This document shows positions 11,821-26,023 of a DNA stretch of 64,000 bases, one piece after another (the stretch's first letter is position 1; each line of letters begins with the position of its first letter). The stretch is from Octopus vulgaris (taxonomy: Eukaryota): NCBI GenBank assembly GCA_951406725.2, contig OX597825.1, forward strand, positions 27,218,001 through 27,282,000. The letters run 5' to 3'. The position numbers and the translations under genes were made by a program. The notes beneath the pieces were generated by a model. It ran no database searches. It saw nothing but the letters and a program-made list of their open reading frames with translations, and was not told the origin of the DNA.

Positions 11821-12450
11821 ATGGGGACATCAATATATGGAAGCACGCCTATATCCTGACATAAAATTTACAGATGGGCTGAGGACAATGATATGCAGTT
11901 CAATGCGGGTAAATTCCAAGTCCTATGCTAGCAGCGCCCAAAACTGATTGTGAAACTTACAGGGTACCTAGCCCACGGGGGTTTACAATCCCAGAACCTA
12001 AATCAGTGCGGGATCTGAATATCAACATGAATGATTGTAACCTCTTTCGAAGTGGACATTACCAAGATGGCGAGAAATTGCAGACGGCTGTCTGGATGGA
12101 TCCTGAGAACCTTCAGGACCAGAGAGAAGGAAGCCATGATGGTCCTCTAGAGGATATTTTTCCTCAGCCACCAGGACTACTGCTCCCAGCTATGGTCACC
12201 TCACAGTGTAAAATTAACAGCGGACCGTGAAGTGGTTCATTGCAACAGCTGAGTTATTGTGAAAGTCAAAACTGGATCTTTTTCTGTCGAGAGTCCCAGA
12301 TGAACCTGCCCCACGACAGGAGGCGCAAATGAGGGTAGTGACATCAAACTCCCTTACTCACCAAATGCCACATAACAGAGGAGGTTCTCACTAATAAAAC
12401 GGTGGTGCCCCAGCATCCCCACATCTTTGAGCTGAAACTGATAAAAGAAA
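11821..12450 (+). mobile_element. CR1/L2-group LINE, internally deleted 3' fragment
   Basis: IYRWAEDNDMQFNAGKFQVL, SVRDL, GWILRTFRTRE, DYCSQLWSP, LDLFLSRVPDEP..SNSL. 3' tail is ggtggtgccccagcat..ctgaaac..taaaag. Confidence 0.85.
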
Positions 12451-12580
12451 TATATATGCATTATATATATATGCATTTAGATAATTTATACTTTATATAC
12501 GTATATATATTTCATGTAACGAAATTAATAAGTGACTTTTTGTCTCTCCCTATGTAAGGGAAAGACAGAGTGAAAGTAGA

Positions 12581-12627
<47 letters not shown>

Positions 12628-13640
12628 TCTGCACACAGAGTTCAATATTTATACAGACAAGCATCGGTGTGCAATCGTCGTATATATGAACGTGGGTGTG
12701 TTTCTATGGTATGTGTGTTTGCACGATTGTATATATGAATGCATGTCCGTATGAGTGTATGAGAGTATGTGTTTCTGTATATGTGTGTAAAGGGTGTATT
12801 TGTGACGCTGTGGGGTTGAGTATATGAAAGTTTGCGTAAGTTGTAGACATGTTTGTGCTTATGTTTAAGCAGTTAATTATAGTCGCACAAATTTCGAGGA
12901 AGAAAATAAAGTGTGGTTAAAATTTACTAGGAGACAATGCAAATGAGATAATCAGATCGGTATTTGCACATAAGCCATTCCAGCACTGATTAGAATGTAA
13001 TTAGATTTACTTTCAACACAACTCACCAATCAAACACTTAAACCTATACTTTAATATCAGTAGACATATATTTCAAAACCGGGGAATAGAAATTGTTATA
13101 CAGATGATTGATTCTCGTGTTAACGATGATTGCGTTAAAGTTCTTTCCTAATTTCGTTTGATACTCTAACTTAAATTAGTGTGTGTTTAACTTAGATTTC
13201 CTTAACTATGCATTTTCTTCTTCAGCAGATATTGCTCATATTACATATTGGAATATTAACGTTAACCAGAGATGAAAGATGGTGGTTTTCTTTTTCCTAC
13301 ATTACATTCAACTCTAATGAATTAATTTAGTTTCTCTACTTCTGTTATAACTTTTCTTTTCTTCTCAGTGCAAACATTCGACTGAAGCGTCTCTTAACCA
13401 ATTCAGTCACCCCATTACGTTACAAATACTTATTTTATTCACATTAGAAGAAGAACACGTAATACTAAAACAAAAAAATCTATCTGTTAATATGTTAAAA
13501 TATAGACCAACAGGGACCTTATCTAAATGATTGTAGATAAGGACAAATCGTTTGTCCCGGGGAGACGAATGAAGTTGCAGGCACGATATGTTCGTTTCAT
13601 CTCGTGTAAAAGGGATGTTTTTTTTTGGGGGGGGGTTTAA

Positions 13641-13875
13641 GGCGGCGAGCTGGCAGAAACGTTAGCGCGCCGGGCGAAATGCTTAGCGGTATTTCGTCTT
13701 CCGCTACGTTCTGAGTTCAAATTCCGCCGAGGTCGACTTTGCCTTTCATCCTTTCGGGGTCGATAAAATAAGTACCAGTTACGCACTGGGGTCGATGTAA
13801 TCGACTTAATCCGTTTGTCTGTCCTTGTTTGTCCTCTCTGTGTTTAGCCCCTTGTGGGTAGTAAAGAAATAGGTA
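13641..13875 (+). mobile_element. SINE family A, near-intact copy
   Basis: Closely matches the copies at 10194 and 10856 along its full length. Confidence 0.93.
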
Positions 13876-15126
13876 TATTTTTGAATTTCAATTGAGACAA
13901 ATGAGTGATTTAAGGGGCAATGGATTGTAAATATAATTAAGTTTAGATTTGTTTGACTTTGATGACTTAGGGGTAATAGAAGATGGGAAGAGGGAGTGCT
14001 TGAGGCTGGCTACTGGAAGTAGTTTTTGGTAGTGTTGACGTTGGATCTGTGGTAGTGTGAGAGAGAAAAAGGAGTGGTTGAGGTCGGTCACTGTGAATAG
14101 TAGCAGTAGTGGTGTTGGTGTTGAGTCAGTTCTGTTAGAGTGGCTTAGAGGTTCTTGTTGCTGTGGTTGTCCTTGTAGTTGTTGTTGGAACTATGTTAGT
14201 TGTTATTGTAGATGTGCTTGGTTTTCTACTGATGATATTGTGGTTGTTGTAGACTACTTTTGATTTTTTTGTCAGTTCGGATTTATATTCGTTATTCTAA
14301 ATTATGTCGAAATGGAAGAAGGTAGTTACGTAAATTTTCTTAAGTTTGTGCAACAACACGAATATAGGTAACAACAGTGAATGAAATAAAATATTTAGTT
14401 TGCGGAGTTACTTATGAGCATAGACGAGTATATTCGTGTACGTAACAAATTTGCAAATGTAGTTAAAATATTGTTTTAATTTCTGTGTATATGTTTATGG
14501 AAATATTATGTTCACGGTACAAAATATCGATAAGTCTAAAGAATTCAAGTGTCCAAAACAAGACATATATTTTCAGTTTAATATCACTCCCAGATGAAGT
14601 TAAACAACTGGAATGAGTTTTGTGTAGCTCAAAATATAGCTAAGGAGCAAACCTCAAATATCATTTTGAATTTGTTCCAAGCACTCATACTAGTTTTAAG
14701 CTTCAGTTCAAACATTTTTTTCCAAAAATATCGATGAAAGAAGAAACAAGCATTTTACAAAGCCGTTTCTGTGTAGTAGTTATTAGATTGTGATTTGTCT
14801 AACACAAAATCGCATCTTCTGTCATATTTTCATCTAGATGTTATTAAGTTACAGTCAAATGGATTGTTAAAAGTCATAGAACACAGCGAAGAACAAAACG
14901 TAATGGAATTTCATAAATGGCTCGCAGACAAAATACAGCTGCTTGAAAAATTCTTTGTTTGGAGATGAATTTCCGAACTGGGTAAAACTGAGAGAAAAAG
15001 CAAAGAAAAACACATTTTAATGATCGAATTATATTTATATCGTTTTTATGCTATTGTAAAATTATAAGGTTTTTTATAGCCTGTTTCGATTATATTTTCG
15101 ACAAGAAATGGGTAAATAGTTTTTGT

Positions 15127-15537
15127 GGAGTAGCTGTGTGGTAAGTAGCTTGCTTACCAACCACATGGTTCCGGGTTCAGTCCCACTGCGTGGCATCTTG
15201 GGCAAGTGTCTTCTGCTATAGCCCCAGGCCGACCAATGCCTTGTGAGTGGATTTGGTTGACGGAAACTGAAAGAAGCCTGTCGTATATATGTATATATAT
15301 ATATGTGTGTGTGTACGTGTTTGTGTGCCTGTGTTTGTCCCCCCAACATTGCTTGATAACCGATGCTGGTGTGTTTATGTCTCCGTAACTTAGCGGTTTG
15401 GCAAAAGAGACCGATAGAATAAGTACTGGGCTTACAAAGAATAAGTCCCGGAGTCGATTTGCTCGTCTAAAGGCAGTGCTCCAGCATGGCCACAGTCAAA
15501 TGACTGAAACAAGTATAAGAGTATAAGAGTATAAGAG
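15127..15537 (+). mobile_element. SINE family B (tRNA head, CORE-like segment, internal TA/TG tract, (TATAAGAG)n tail)
   Basis: A/B-box-like head 'tagctgtgtggtaag..gggttcagtccc', then 'cttgggcaagt'. Multiple copies occur in the window. Confidence 0.93.
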
Positions 15538-16794
15538 AGTGGAATGAAAGAAGAAAGAATGTCATGAATACATTCATACTTACTACAGAAACTACGAGAG
15601 TAATTAACAAGCACGTCTTGTAGAAATGTGGTTTTAGATTTTATTTGCTTGGGGCCTTCAGTTAATAGCATTTTCATTACATTATGCAAAGAAGCATGTT
15701 TGGCGACATCCATATAGGAAGTTAGTTACTATGTCAGTCGAATGAGAAGATCTTAATATATTACGGGTATAATTACTGAGCTACCATACAAATTCAAAGT
15801 GGCATTGGCGCTATTATTCTGTGGTACATACTAAAATTATATTTTGAATTTATGTCTAGCATTTCCTGATTTCCACTATGATAACTATTATTTTATCCCC
15901 AAAATACGCAGTTAACATCTTGACATATTTCATTTACTGATATAGAAGTTATAATTTCCTCTTGATTATCTTAACTTTCAGAATACCAAATGGTTGAGGA
16001 ATTTTCTCAATGACAACAGCTGTTATGAAATTGAAATTCACAGTAGATGAATAAATACAGATACGTTAAGACAATACCTAAAATATCCTAAAACGTAGTG
16101 CGCAAGAACATGTTTCAATTCAATTTCATCTCATATAATTATGATCAAATAGATTTGTATTGCATTTCAGAAATCGCAAAGCATCACTGAACCAAAATAT
16201 TTTATCAAACTTCTATGTGCTATTTATATTCTGTGAACTCGTTATATTATTGAAAAATATCAAAATATTCTGTACACATTTGGCATCAGCATATTTAGTA
16301 CAGGAAACTTTGATCTGCGACAATAGTAACTCTAAACGACTAACGTAGTAGGAATATCTATATAAAATTTTAAAAAGCGTTTTCAGATACAAACAACATT
16401 ATGTTCATAAATGAATAAAATCGCTTCACCTCTTACGAATACATTAACGAAATATCTGCTACATAGCGTTAGTTTCGGCTTTGGGGTAAAGGAATCGACA
16501 TTAATTAAACAAAATATGCATTCAGAGCTAATTCATAAAAAGTGTCCCGTTGGCAGAATGAAAAAAAATAGCAATAATTCAAGACCAAAATATAATAATA
16601 CAACGATGTGCGACAATTTATTTTCCCGATACAGTGTGCTTTCTGACTGATATATAATTTACCATAAAGAATAATTGAATATACGTATAAACATATAGAT
16701 CTACATACTGGGGTTTGTATGTCTGTGTGTACACGTATATATATATACATATATATATATATCTGTCGTCTAAATTATGCAAAAATAACAATAA

Positions 16795-18020
16795 CACTGT
16801 CGATCATTTTAACTGATATATTTACCAAAAATAAATAAAAGTATCTTGAAATATTAAAGATTAACTTTATTCAATAAAATCGCCATTAGCTTCCACCACG
16901 ACCTCCACTCCACTTCGGAATCTCCTGCAACTCTTCTAGACGGTCTCCTTGTTTAATTTGGTGAATGCTATAATAATCCTTTCCTTCAGTTCATCTTTGG
17001 TGTAACAAGGAGTTTTGTTGTTCTCTCGCTCAATAATAATGAAGGGATGTGCAGTGTGATGCGTTAGGTGGCCAGATGTTAGGGGTGATATGGTCACAGA
17101 AATTGACTGATAGCTTTGACTGAGTGTTCCTGTTTGAGTGACATGGTGCAGAGTCTTGTTGCTAGACATAGGGTCTTTCAGCAGTCGCCCTCTTCACCCA
17201 GAGCAGCACTACCTCGTTCAGGCACTTCATGTAGACCTCCGTCTTGAGTGTGAGACCGTGTGAGAAGACAAATGCAAATATAACGTCACCATCACTAGTT
17301 ATGACTGCAAACACCATTTTGTTGGCTGGATGATTGCTTTTTATCACATGCGGTATATATATTTTGGGGATATGGCAAGCTAACGGTTGTTCTGTGTCTT
17401 CACCATCTAACCCTGGCAGAAATTCTTCTCGTCTCAGAAAAACCAAAGCATGTTCGATTGGAGGGGTTGCTTGAGTTTGTTCAAAAGCTTTGTAGCACGG
17501 TCTTGTCTCTTGTTCATCATAGCTTGGGATAAAAATTTGCCCTTCCTCACGTTGTATGAGGAATATCGAATGTTTTCATGCATTACCTGTCTGATAAGAA
17601 ACTCAGATACTGCCATGTCCTCGGCAATGGACGTGATTAACTTTGAGGGATCGTTACCAATCATGGCCTTAATCTCCCCAACAAATTCAGGAGTGTTTCT
17701 CTTAGAAAGATCGAAATGTGTTTTCTGATCCGCCGTACCTTCATAACAAAAATTAGATTTATCCAGCTCTTTCCGAAATCTCTTCACTGTCCTCAGATTG
17801 ACACTCAAACACTATGAAATATTTGTATTGGAGATTCCTGTGCGAATGCTTGGTAGTACAGAATGTTGTTCCCAAATTCCTGGCACAGGAAAGTGCATAA
17901 TGGTGTTCTTGTTTTTACTCACAGACGGTGCCCAACTGACCGTACTATAATGTGTAGTAGACAAACTCAAAATGAAACAAGGCGCTTACGTGAAATTAAA
18001 AATATAAAATGGAGACAATA
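16795..18020 (-). mobile_element. Decayed Tc1/mariner-superfamily transposon, maT (DD37D)-like
   Basis: Fragments from ~17898 to 16867: NLRTVKR, WFF(S)DEKNFCQ, MVFAVITSDG, PYV*QQDSAPCH, WPPN, CRRFRSGVEVVVEANGDFIE*. The ends are approximate. Confidence 0.85.
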
Positions 18021-18039
18021 TTGTTTGTCTGATTGAAGT

Positions 18040-18190
18040 TCTTTTCGACTTTTCGACTTATTCTAAGCTTGGTACTTATATATTCGATATCCTTGCCGGA
18101 CTATTAAATAACAGATAGATAAACACACCAGCAGCGATTGTCAAACAATGACGGAGAGAACAAACAATGACGCAAAGAAACACCTGCACA
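18040..18190 (-). mobile_element. Old partial SINE B
   Basis: 'gacttattct..ggtactt..aaacacaccagcagcgattgtcaa' matches the reverse complement of the SINE B 3' half. Confidence 0.55.
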
Positions 18191-18219
18191 TAGATATACA
18201 CCAGCCACTGGTGAAATGA

Positions 18220-19350
18220 GCTTAAACTCAGTCAAGCACCCGATTGATACTCATCTTCCCAGCAGTGTTCCCAAAGAAATGCAAGGGGTTTCCGGCAAAG
18301 TTACAGCAGAACCTCTTCCAAATCGTCCTTATAATTGGGAAGTCCCAAGAAAGTTAAAGGAAAGCATACTATGCCTCATCCATAAATGTGGTCGTAGAGC
18401 CGATGCTATAAATTATAGACCTGACCATCTAACCTCACATGTTAGAGAGGATTTATGGAACGCATTGTTAGGAAGAAGCTCGAGAAGAAGACGCCTTACA
18501 CAGCTTCTGCATCTTTAGGAATGGGTTTTGAAACAACTAATGAATCGCTCAGGCGTATATGTGATACACCTCGACTTAGCAGAAGCTTTTGATTAGGTTG
18601 AACATGGGATGATGTGTCATAAACTAGGAGAGTATGTATAGTCGTTAAAATGAGACAGTGATTACATGACTTCTTCAAAGAAAGAAGTTAGGCAGTGACA
18701 GCCAATGGGAACCTCTCGAAGGAGAGTAGAATAGCGAATGGAGTGCCTTAGAGAATTCTCTTAGGGCAGCTGCAGTTTGCCGTCAACTAAGAAAACATGC
18801 AATTTAATGCAGGAACACACCAAGTCCTACGCTATGAACCAGCGTCACTAACATGGTGCTAAAATCAGGTTTTCAACGAAAAGGAGTGGCAATCACAGAG
18901 TCAAATGCAATGCCTGATGAGGGTATTGATATGAGAAACAACGCCTCGTTTCATGAACTCATCACCAAGATGGAGCAATGCGCAAGTAAATGGTAGTTTG
19001 CTTTCTGAGAATTCTCAGAAGAAGAGATCAGGAAACTATTCTCGTTCTATGGAGGACATTTGTCCTCAGCTGAATGGAATACCCCTAATGAACTGCGGTC
19101 TGCTCATACTTTCCAATTAATAGCAGAAGTGAAGGCATTTCAGCGATGCTATAACAGGAACATTGCACTAATGGATCGGTTGAGCTTCTGATGGACATTG
19201 AAAGTGCTACGAGTCTACTCCCTGGATTGAAGACGGAAGAGATATACCTTGATATACATATGGAACATGCTAGAGGATTTGATACCAAACTTTGAAATCG
19301 AGTGTTATGCTATCCCCCGAAATAGAGGTCATTGTACGGTAACTAAAGTG
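18220..19350 (+). mobile_element. Decayed CR1/L2-group LINE RT fragment
   Basis: CLIHKCGRRADAINYRPDHLTSH (cf. NYRPISLTS), NGVP, NMQFNAG, YSL..RR.RY..IYIW. It is related to 11821-12450. Confidence 0.75.
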
Positions 19351-22300
19351 GATAATATTCTATACTCTCTGCATAATGTTGTGCTATATTATCCTTATAC
19401 ATGAGATAAATTTTAATACTTTATCATCACGCTGTATGTATAGAACAAAGAGTTAACAAAGTTGTTGTCGAAAATAAAAACGTGACTTAGATTATAAATG
19501 AATATCAACGTTTATTTAATATAATGAACCATATAAAAATTAATGAAATTTATGTACATCAAATGATATCCAAAGATACACGTCTGAGCTTCAGGAATCC
19601 ACTAAAAATATTAGAGAACATTTTCTGGAATCTATTAGAAACGAGATACCCTCCATTATACCTTTCCAGGAGAATGGGTTAGGAAAACTGTTTGCCGTTC
19701 CTTGTAGCTTATTTGTGATGAAAATATAAAGCAAAAACAATTGATAGGTAGTCTTATTAAACAATAGGATCAAAGTGAACTCTCTCGCAGCCAAATATTT
19801 CATAATTGGATGTGAAAAGCGTTAAAACGTGTTCAGTCATCTAGAACACCAAAATGAGCTTCATTTCGTCTTCCACCATTGGTAATATTATTGCAATCAG
19901 TAATCACACTATACACCTGACCTATAGTTTCTCAAGTGTCCTACTGATAAACTGGGATTTAAAGATTTTGAGACAGGAGGCATACATTGAAAAAAACTGC
20001 TATAGGTAATTGTAATTTTCTTCTGCGTGGTGACTCTGTGGCCGCAACGTGAATGTCAAGCAGTCGAACACCAATGTAACGTACATTTTCTCTATCAAAG
20101 TAGTAAATACCCTTAATTCATATATTCATATATTTAGTGAGAGAAAAACTTGATTTTAAATACGTAATGTCGTGCTGTCCATGGCAATTACAATCACCCA
20201 GTTTTGAATGTGTGTCATCCCCAAGACTACTGATGATAAATGCTTTTGCAGAATCTGCGACGAATTGACATTAAAGATTTTCTCTAAAACTACATACATA
20301 TTTAATTGAAAGAAAAAGTAATCAGTAAAACCATCATTGAAATAAATACTGTCATATAAAATAAATATCACCAATCATGATAAAACACTGAATGTATATT
20401 AGTTTAGAATAACTAGATGGTTATACGGTCGTACTCGTTGCAACTTGGAAGCTGTACTAGACAAACGATTGATATATAATTCAATAGTTTCGGAGATCAA
20501 ATTAACTCTTACTGCACAATACATTTCTTCAGCCACAGTAAATTACTTACTTTTCTTAATTTGAAACCGTTTTCTTTTAGTAAAAATATTTTTTGGAAAT
20601 ATATCATTCCTAACATACTCGAGCGAATAATCTTTTTTCATATTATTCATATTAAACATATCCTAGGAAATTGTAAATTCAGTTTCAGCGCTTCTACCTT
20701 CAAATGTACGAATTTATATATTTTTTTTCTTCTAAAGTTACATATAGAAAGAAGAGAAGCTATGTGAGCGATTTGCAAGACGCACAGAAATATTTAGATA
20801 TGAAATATTCAATCGTTTGCAGTAAATGGGCAGAGTGAGCATATGCATTAGCTGTGCGTTGTAGAATAATCTTTAATAGCAATCTCTATTGAGAGTTATT
20901 TTGAATACGTTTATCTAATTTAAGCTTGATAAGCGTTTGGTTGTTTTTCACAGGCCATGTATTTCTTCAAAAATTAAGCAAAAATTGTAACAGATTCACT
21001 AAATTAACCAGATCTTAATATAACCTTCCCTTGAATAGTAATTATTTTCGAATCTCGACTATTTCTCTTTTGTCAATTATATAACAGGAAATTATAGTAT
21101 TGTACACGAGAATTCTCATTTTATATCGCTAGCCCATCCATTACCATCTCCATTATTATGAATTTGACCGAACCAATCTATTATTATTTATTTAAATATG
21201 GAGAGATCTGTGAAAAATATTTGATATGTAGATGTGTATGTACATGTTTTGTATTCACTATGTAGGAAAATCTATTGCGTTACATTAGGCTCCTGGTGAT
21301 GTGGGAAGCTTTGAAAAATAATGCTGTAACTTATACACACACACGTTATAATTCGCAGACATGCATAGATGAAGTAACATATATATACATACCTAATATT
21401 CATACATTCCATGCAACAGTTTGATTTCTCTTAAGAGAATCTGACATATTTTCCGATGAACGTACTGACCTACATGAACAAAGTAACAAATAGTTACAAA
21501 TATATTTACGTATTTAGTTACACGCATTGATATACTCTAAGTTCGTATTACTCTCCCACCTAAACTGATAAATATGACATCGTCTTCAGGGACTTGATTA
21601 TTCGACGGGCAATAGAAAATAGTAGACGCGAAACGATTGTATTCAGTGACACGTAAACAACTTTTAATTTTAAGTTAAATCACACAGATATATTCACTAT
21701 GACCATTTCATTTAGGGATTTTCTTACGCGTTTTATTAGTAACACTATGTAGAATGGATTGCAGATCAACAGTGAATTAGTTTTATAAGATGATTTGTTG
21801 ATCGTAGAATATAGTGATATGTTTACAGTTTTGATTGACGAACGTAAATTTGATATCATGCGGATGTTTCATAGTCACTTTATTTTAAATACAAAAGATT
21901 ACAAACCATTTGTTCAGTGTTTGCTATTGCAATTGAGGGCTCAGACCTACTTTAGCCCTACCAGTTCCAATTACGTATTACGAAGATTTACTTGTTATGT
22001 GTTGTAGAAAATAATATCACGCATATGCTCCCTAGTTAGCCGATAGGACACCCCGCGCCGAGACAAGGATGATAAAATCTGCTTTTTTAGCTACCGTCCT
22101 ATGTGTTTACGTATACACATGTGCAAACACTGTTGATCTGCAATCCATTCTATTCCAAATCACCGGCATTTTCATCAATATCACTAATCTACGAAAATCT
22201 CGGTCCGAATGATGTTACATATAAAACTGACATCCTTTTCGTAAAAAAATGACAACATTATTACAGGACTAAATCAGACAGCCAAGTCCAAAAATAGTAT

Positions 22301-23567
22301 TTTAAAATGAGTTTAATTTCGATTGCAGTTCTTATTTGACACGCATATGTGCAGGTAAAGAAGTGCATTTCCTTAAAATTGACAAAAGTGACAGAAATTA
22401 ATAATTGCTAAGTTATCATGTCACTACTGGCCTCATTACTTGCATACCTTTTATTCAATCAGTTCTAATCCAAATGTTCACATTGAAATAGACACCTACA
22501 TTCACAATCTAATAATAGCTTATACAACTGATTCAATGTAATATAAAACCATAAGTCAAGAGACATTGTGGTTACACACCTTCAGAAGCAAACGTTTCCC
22601 TCTATCTAACTTGATAATTAACCGCGTAAATTCCAGCCATCTTCTTCATCGATATATTTTTTCATGTTACTTGACCAAATTCTTCTTGACATGATTAGCC
22701 TTTTCATTTGTGCGGAATATATTTTATATTTTTGTCTTTGAATATTTGACAGTACTTTCCTCTCAATGTCTGTGAGTGAAATAGGTTCGAATGGCCTTGC
22801 AGCTGAGATGAGGATGGAAATGCATTTGTATATTTCTAGTTTATACGATTATCTTTTATGTTTTGCATTTAATTCTAACATAATATTTCTTATTTATATT
22901 AAATTACCATAGAATAGAACATAGTTTAGACCCACTAATTTGACTATTACCATAAAAATGCACAGAATCCCAGTATTGCCACCCCTAGCAACTGATTTGT
23001 GTTACCACTGAGAATGATCTACAATATTCTAAAAATACATGATATTAGATGTTACATTGCTGTCTCGTTGGTTTCACATACTCCTGGGAATCAAAAATGC
23101 GCTTGGTAAATTTTCCTTCCTCGAAAAGGCAAAGAAAAAATGTTCATAACATCAGTAGTAGAAGTCAAGATATCAATCGTAAATTTCACGATTTTACAGC
23201 CGTAATCTTAGCACCTCATTGCTAACCTATTATCAGGAGGATGTGCTTAAATCTAGCAAATAAACTCAAACTTTGTACGTTCAGTGGATTCTATACATGC
23301 CATGAGCTATCAAAACATCATTGCACAGTTACTTGGTGAAAGTGAAATAGCAGCCAAATCTCATTTAAGTCTGAATAGAAATACCGATCGGAATGGGGAA
23401 AATAACATTCATTACATTTTTCTCTTTACCCAATACAAAAGGTGGTGGAGAAGCCCTATTTTTAGTGTCAGTAATGCTAATTTAATTTCGTAGAAAAAGA
23501 TCCTGTTTGTGAAAGTATTATCTGCCGACAGTGGAAATTGTACCAAATTATAAGAAATGGCAGTGTG

Positions 23568-23617
23568 ATTACGCAACATTCCCGAAATCACCATTACGCA
23601 ACATTCCCGAAATCACC
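23568..23617. repeat. Perfect 25-bp tandem duplication
   Basis: attacgcaacattcccgaaatcacc occurs twice. Confidence 0.95.
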
Positions 23618-25671
23618 ATAAAAAAACATATTTTATCGGATTAAAGAGGAAAATTAAAACTATTTAATGATTTAATCTAATCATACATACTTTTCAAACG
23701 TTAGTATAGTCATTGCTGGTATGAAGGCAGTTTATTCAAAACTGCAACAAAAACACAGTGTCTATAAGTAGGATACTATTTTACCTTGCTACTAATATTA
23801 GTTATATTTCGTTTCTCTTTTGTTTCAGTTATGAGATTTCATAACTGACAATTAAGTTTTAACAAATGTGAAATTAAAGAAGAAACTATTAAAAAAACAA
23901 AAACAAAACAAAACCGTAAATATTTTATTCTCAAACAAACATTTCATTTGAAATTAGCATATTTCGTTTTCAAAATCATCATTTCATTCCATTAAAACCT
24001 GAATTTATTCCCTTTGCAGAACCGGTCAGTTAATTCGTCAAAACAGAAGACTGTGGAATTATTCATAGCTATAATATTGATTCAACATAAAATTGCATTT
24101 ATATTTCCAGAGGAAATTAGATAGCAAATGAACATTTACATATATTACCTGAAAAAAAAAGCAACTTATTAATTATATGCTATTTATTCAAAGTCCAAAT
24201 AACTTCATATAGTAATATAAAGGTATTTCTATGTTTAAGTTTCAAACGCCTATACATTACAAGGAGGTAGAAATATATTATTATGCCGATGATATTACCG
24301 AAACAGAAAAATCGAATTTACTTTATGCTGTTGCCTCTTTAGCAGAATAGCTGTTGTATTGCAGTGTAAGCCATTTACTAGATTAAATTTATAACCATTT
24401 GATATATTAATGAGTTTCTAGATTGGTACATTAACATATATTTATGACCGAGTGTGTAGCCTAATCAAATAAGTCGATAAGATTTTTTAACGAATGATTC
24501 TTTTCTCGTTCGTTGAAATTAAATAGGTACAGGCAGCGAGATTTGAACTCAAAGTGAACAGTGGTGTAAATATTTACCAAAAATTTACCCCCTATCTTCA
24601 TTGCTAGAATATAAGTTTGATTTCTAAATCATTCATTTTTTAAACATTACATATTTTGAATGTGGCATGGACGATAGGTTTCACCCCATTGTATATCGAA
24701 TATAAATGCATCAGCTTCAGAAAGCAAAACAGCAAAGGAGAATACTATAATGTGTAAAGAGGAAAAGTTCTGGATGTACATGAATGTTTTTTATGCTTAA
24801 TTTAAACGGTAGCAGATGTATATACCATTTGATTCGAGGTTAATTACGTAATTACTTACAAAGGAATGATACCAGGATGACGCCGGCTCTCATTGACACA
24901 GTTAATGAATATTCATACTATTCTCTAGTCCCATCCTTTGGCGAGGAGTGTACAGTCATTGTCTATTTCAAAAGATCTTGTATTACAGAAGAGGTCCTGG
25001 TTAATTCAATACAGCTATGTTACATTGAACGAATGCGCTTGGTCTTACTCTTTAAATTCATCCGTTTGTGACAAAATATATGCATACACACACATATAGT
25101 ATAACTAGTCAATAACACGTAAAAAAATCAATCTAACTTCCGAAAGATAGAAAGGCGAAGAGAAAGTAAAAAAAAAAGAAGCTGAGAATGTAAATAATAA
25201 CGAAGTATTAGATTGCATGAAGATCACTGAGATACGGTACAAAGTGAGTTCAGGCAAATAAAATCCAATGCGAAATGTGAGATGTGTGCGCATAAATTCT
25301 ATGAGTATGTATCAGTGTCTAAATACATCAGAATAAGAGTTATGGGTGCGATATGGTCAGCATACAAATGCATGTACTAGTAACGGAAAATAGTGCTGTA
25401 GAAATATATCAAAAACACAATATATATATTTAGCGAATAGTTGTATATCACGAATTTTTAGATTGAATGAATAGTTAACACATATTTTTCATCTGTTATT
25501 CATATATATATATATATATATACATACATATATATATATATACATATATATACAGCTCGGAAACAAAGATATGAATGTAGTTGATCTCACGTTCTAGGTA
25601 CCAGATTAGCCGTAGTACGTATAAATACACACACATGCACACTCTCACACAAACACACATACATATATAAT

Positions 25672-25719
<48 letters not shown>

Positions 25720-25809
25720 CATATACATACACATACACACACGCACATATAATGCACTGTTCTGTGGTGTAATTGAAATACAGTTAAATTTTAATCCGAT
25801 GAAGGAGTA

Positions 25810-25873
25810 CTGAGGATTAACATCAAGATACACAGTTTGCAGTGCATACCGGCTTGAAGCGGAAACACGTGTA
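25810..25873 (+). ncRNA. Degenerate minimal hammerhead-ribozyme-like motif
   Basis: CTGAGGA, long stem II (tcaag/cttga), then GAAAC-acgt-GTA. Stem I pairing is poor. Confidence 0.35.
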
Positions 25874-25943
25874 CGTAGTGACAAAGATAGATGTGGTTAA
25901 CTGTATATTGAAACCTGGATATGTAAAGCTCTGTCCTGATATT

Positions 25944-25944
<1 letters not shown>

Positions 25945-26020
<76 letters not shown>
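25945..26020. repeat. (TA)n microsatellite
   Basis: Seen directly in the sequence. Confidence 0.95.

Positions 26021-26023
<3 letters not shown>

Noticed and set aside
13541-13557. Hairpin ggacaaa-tcg-tttgtcc
   Set aside because: A 7-bp stem is expected by chance in 64 kb and has no supporting context.
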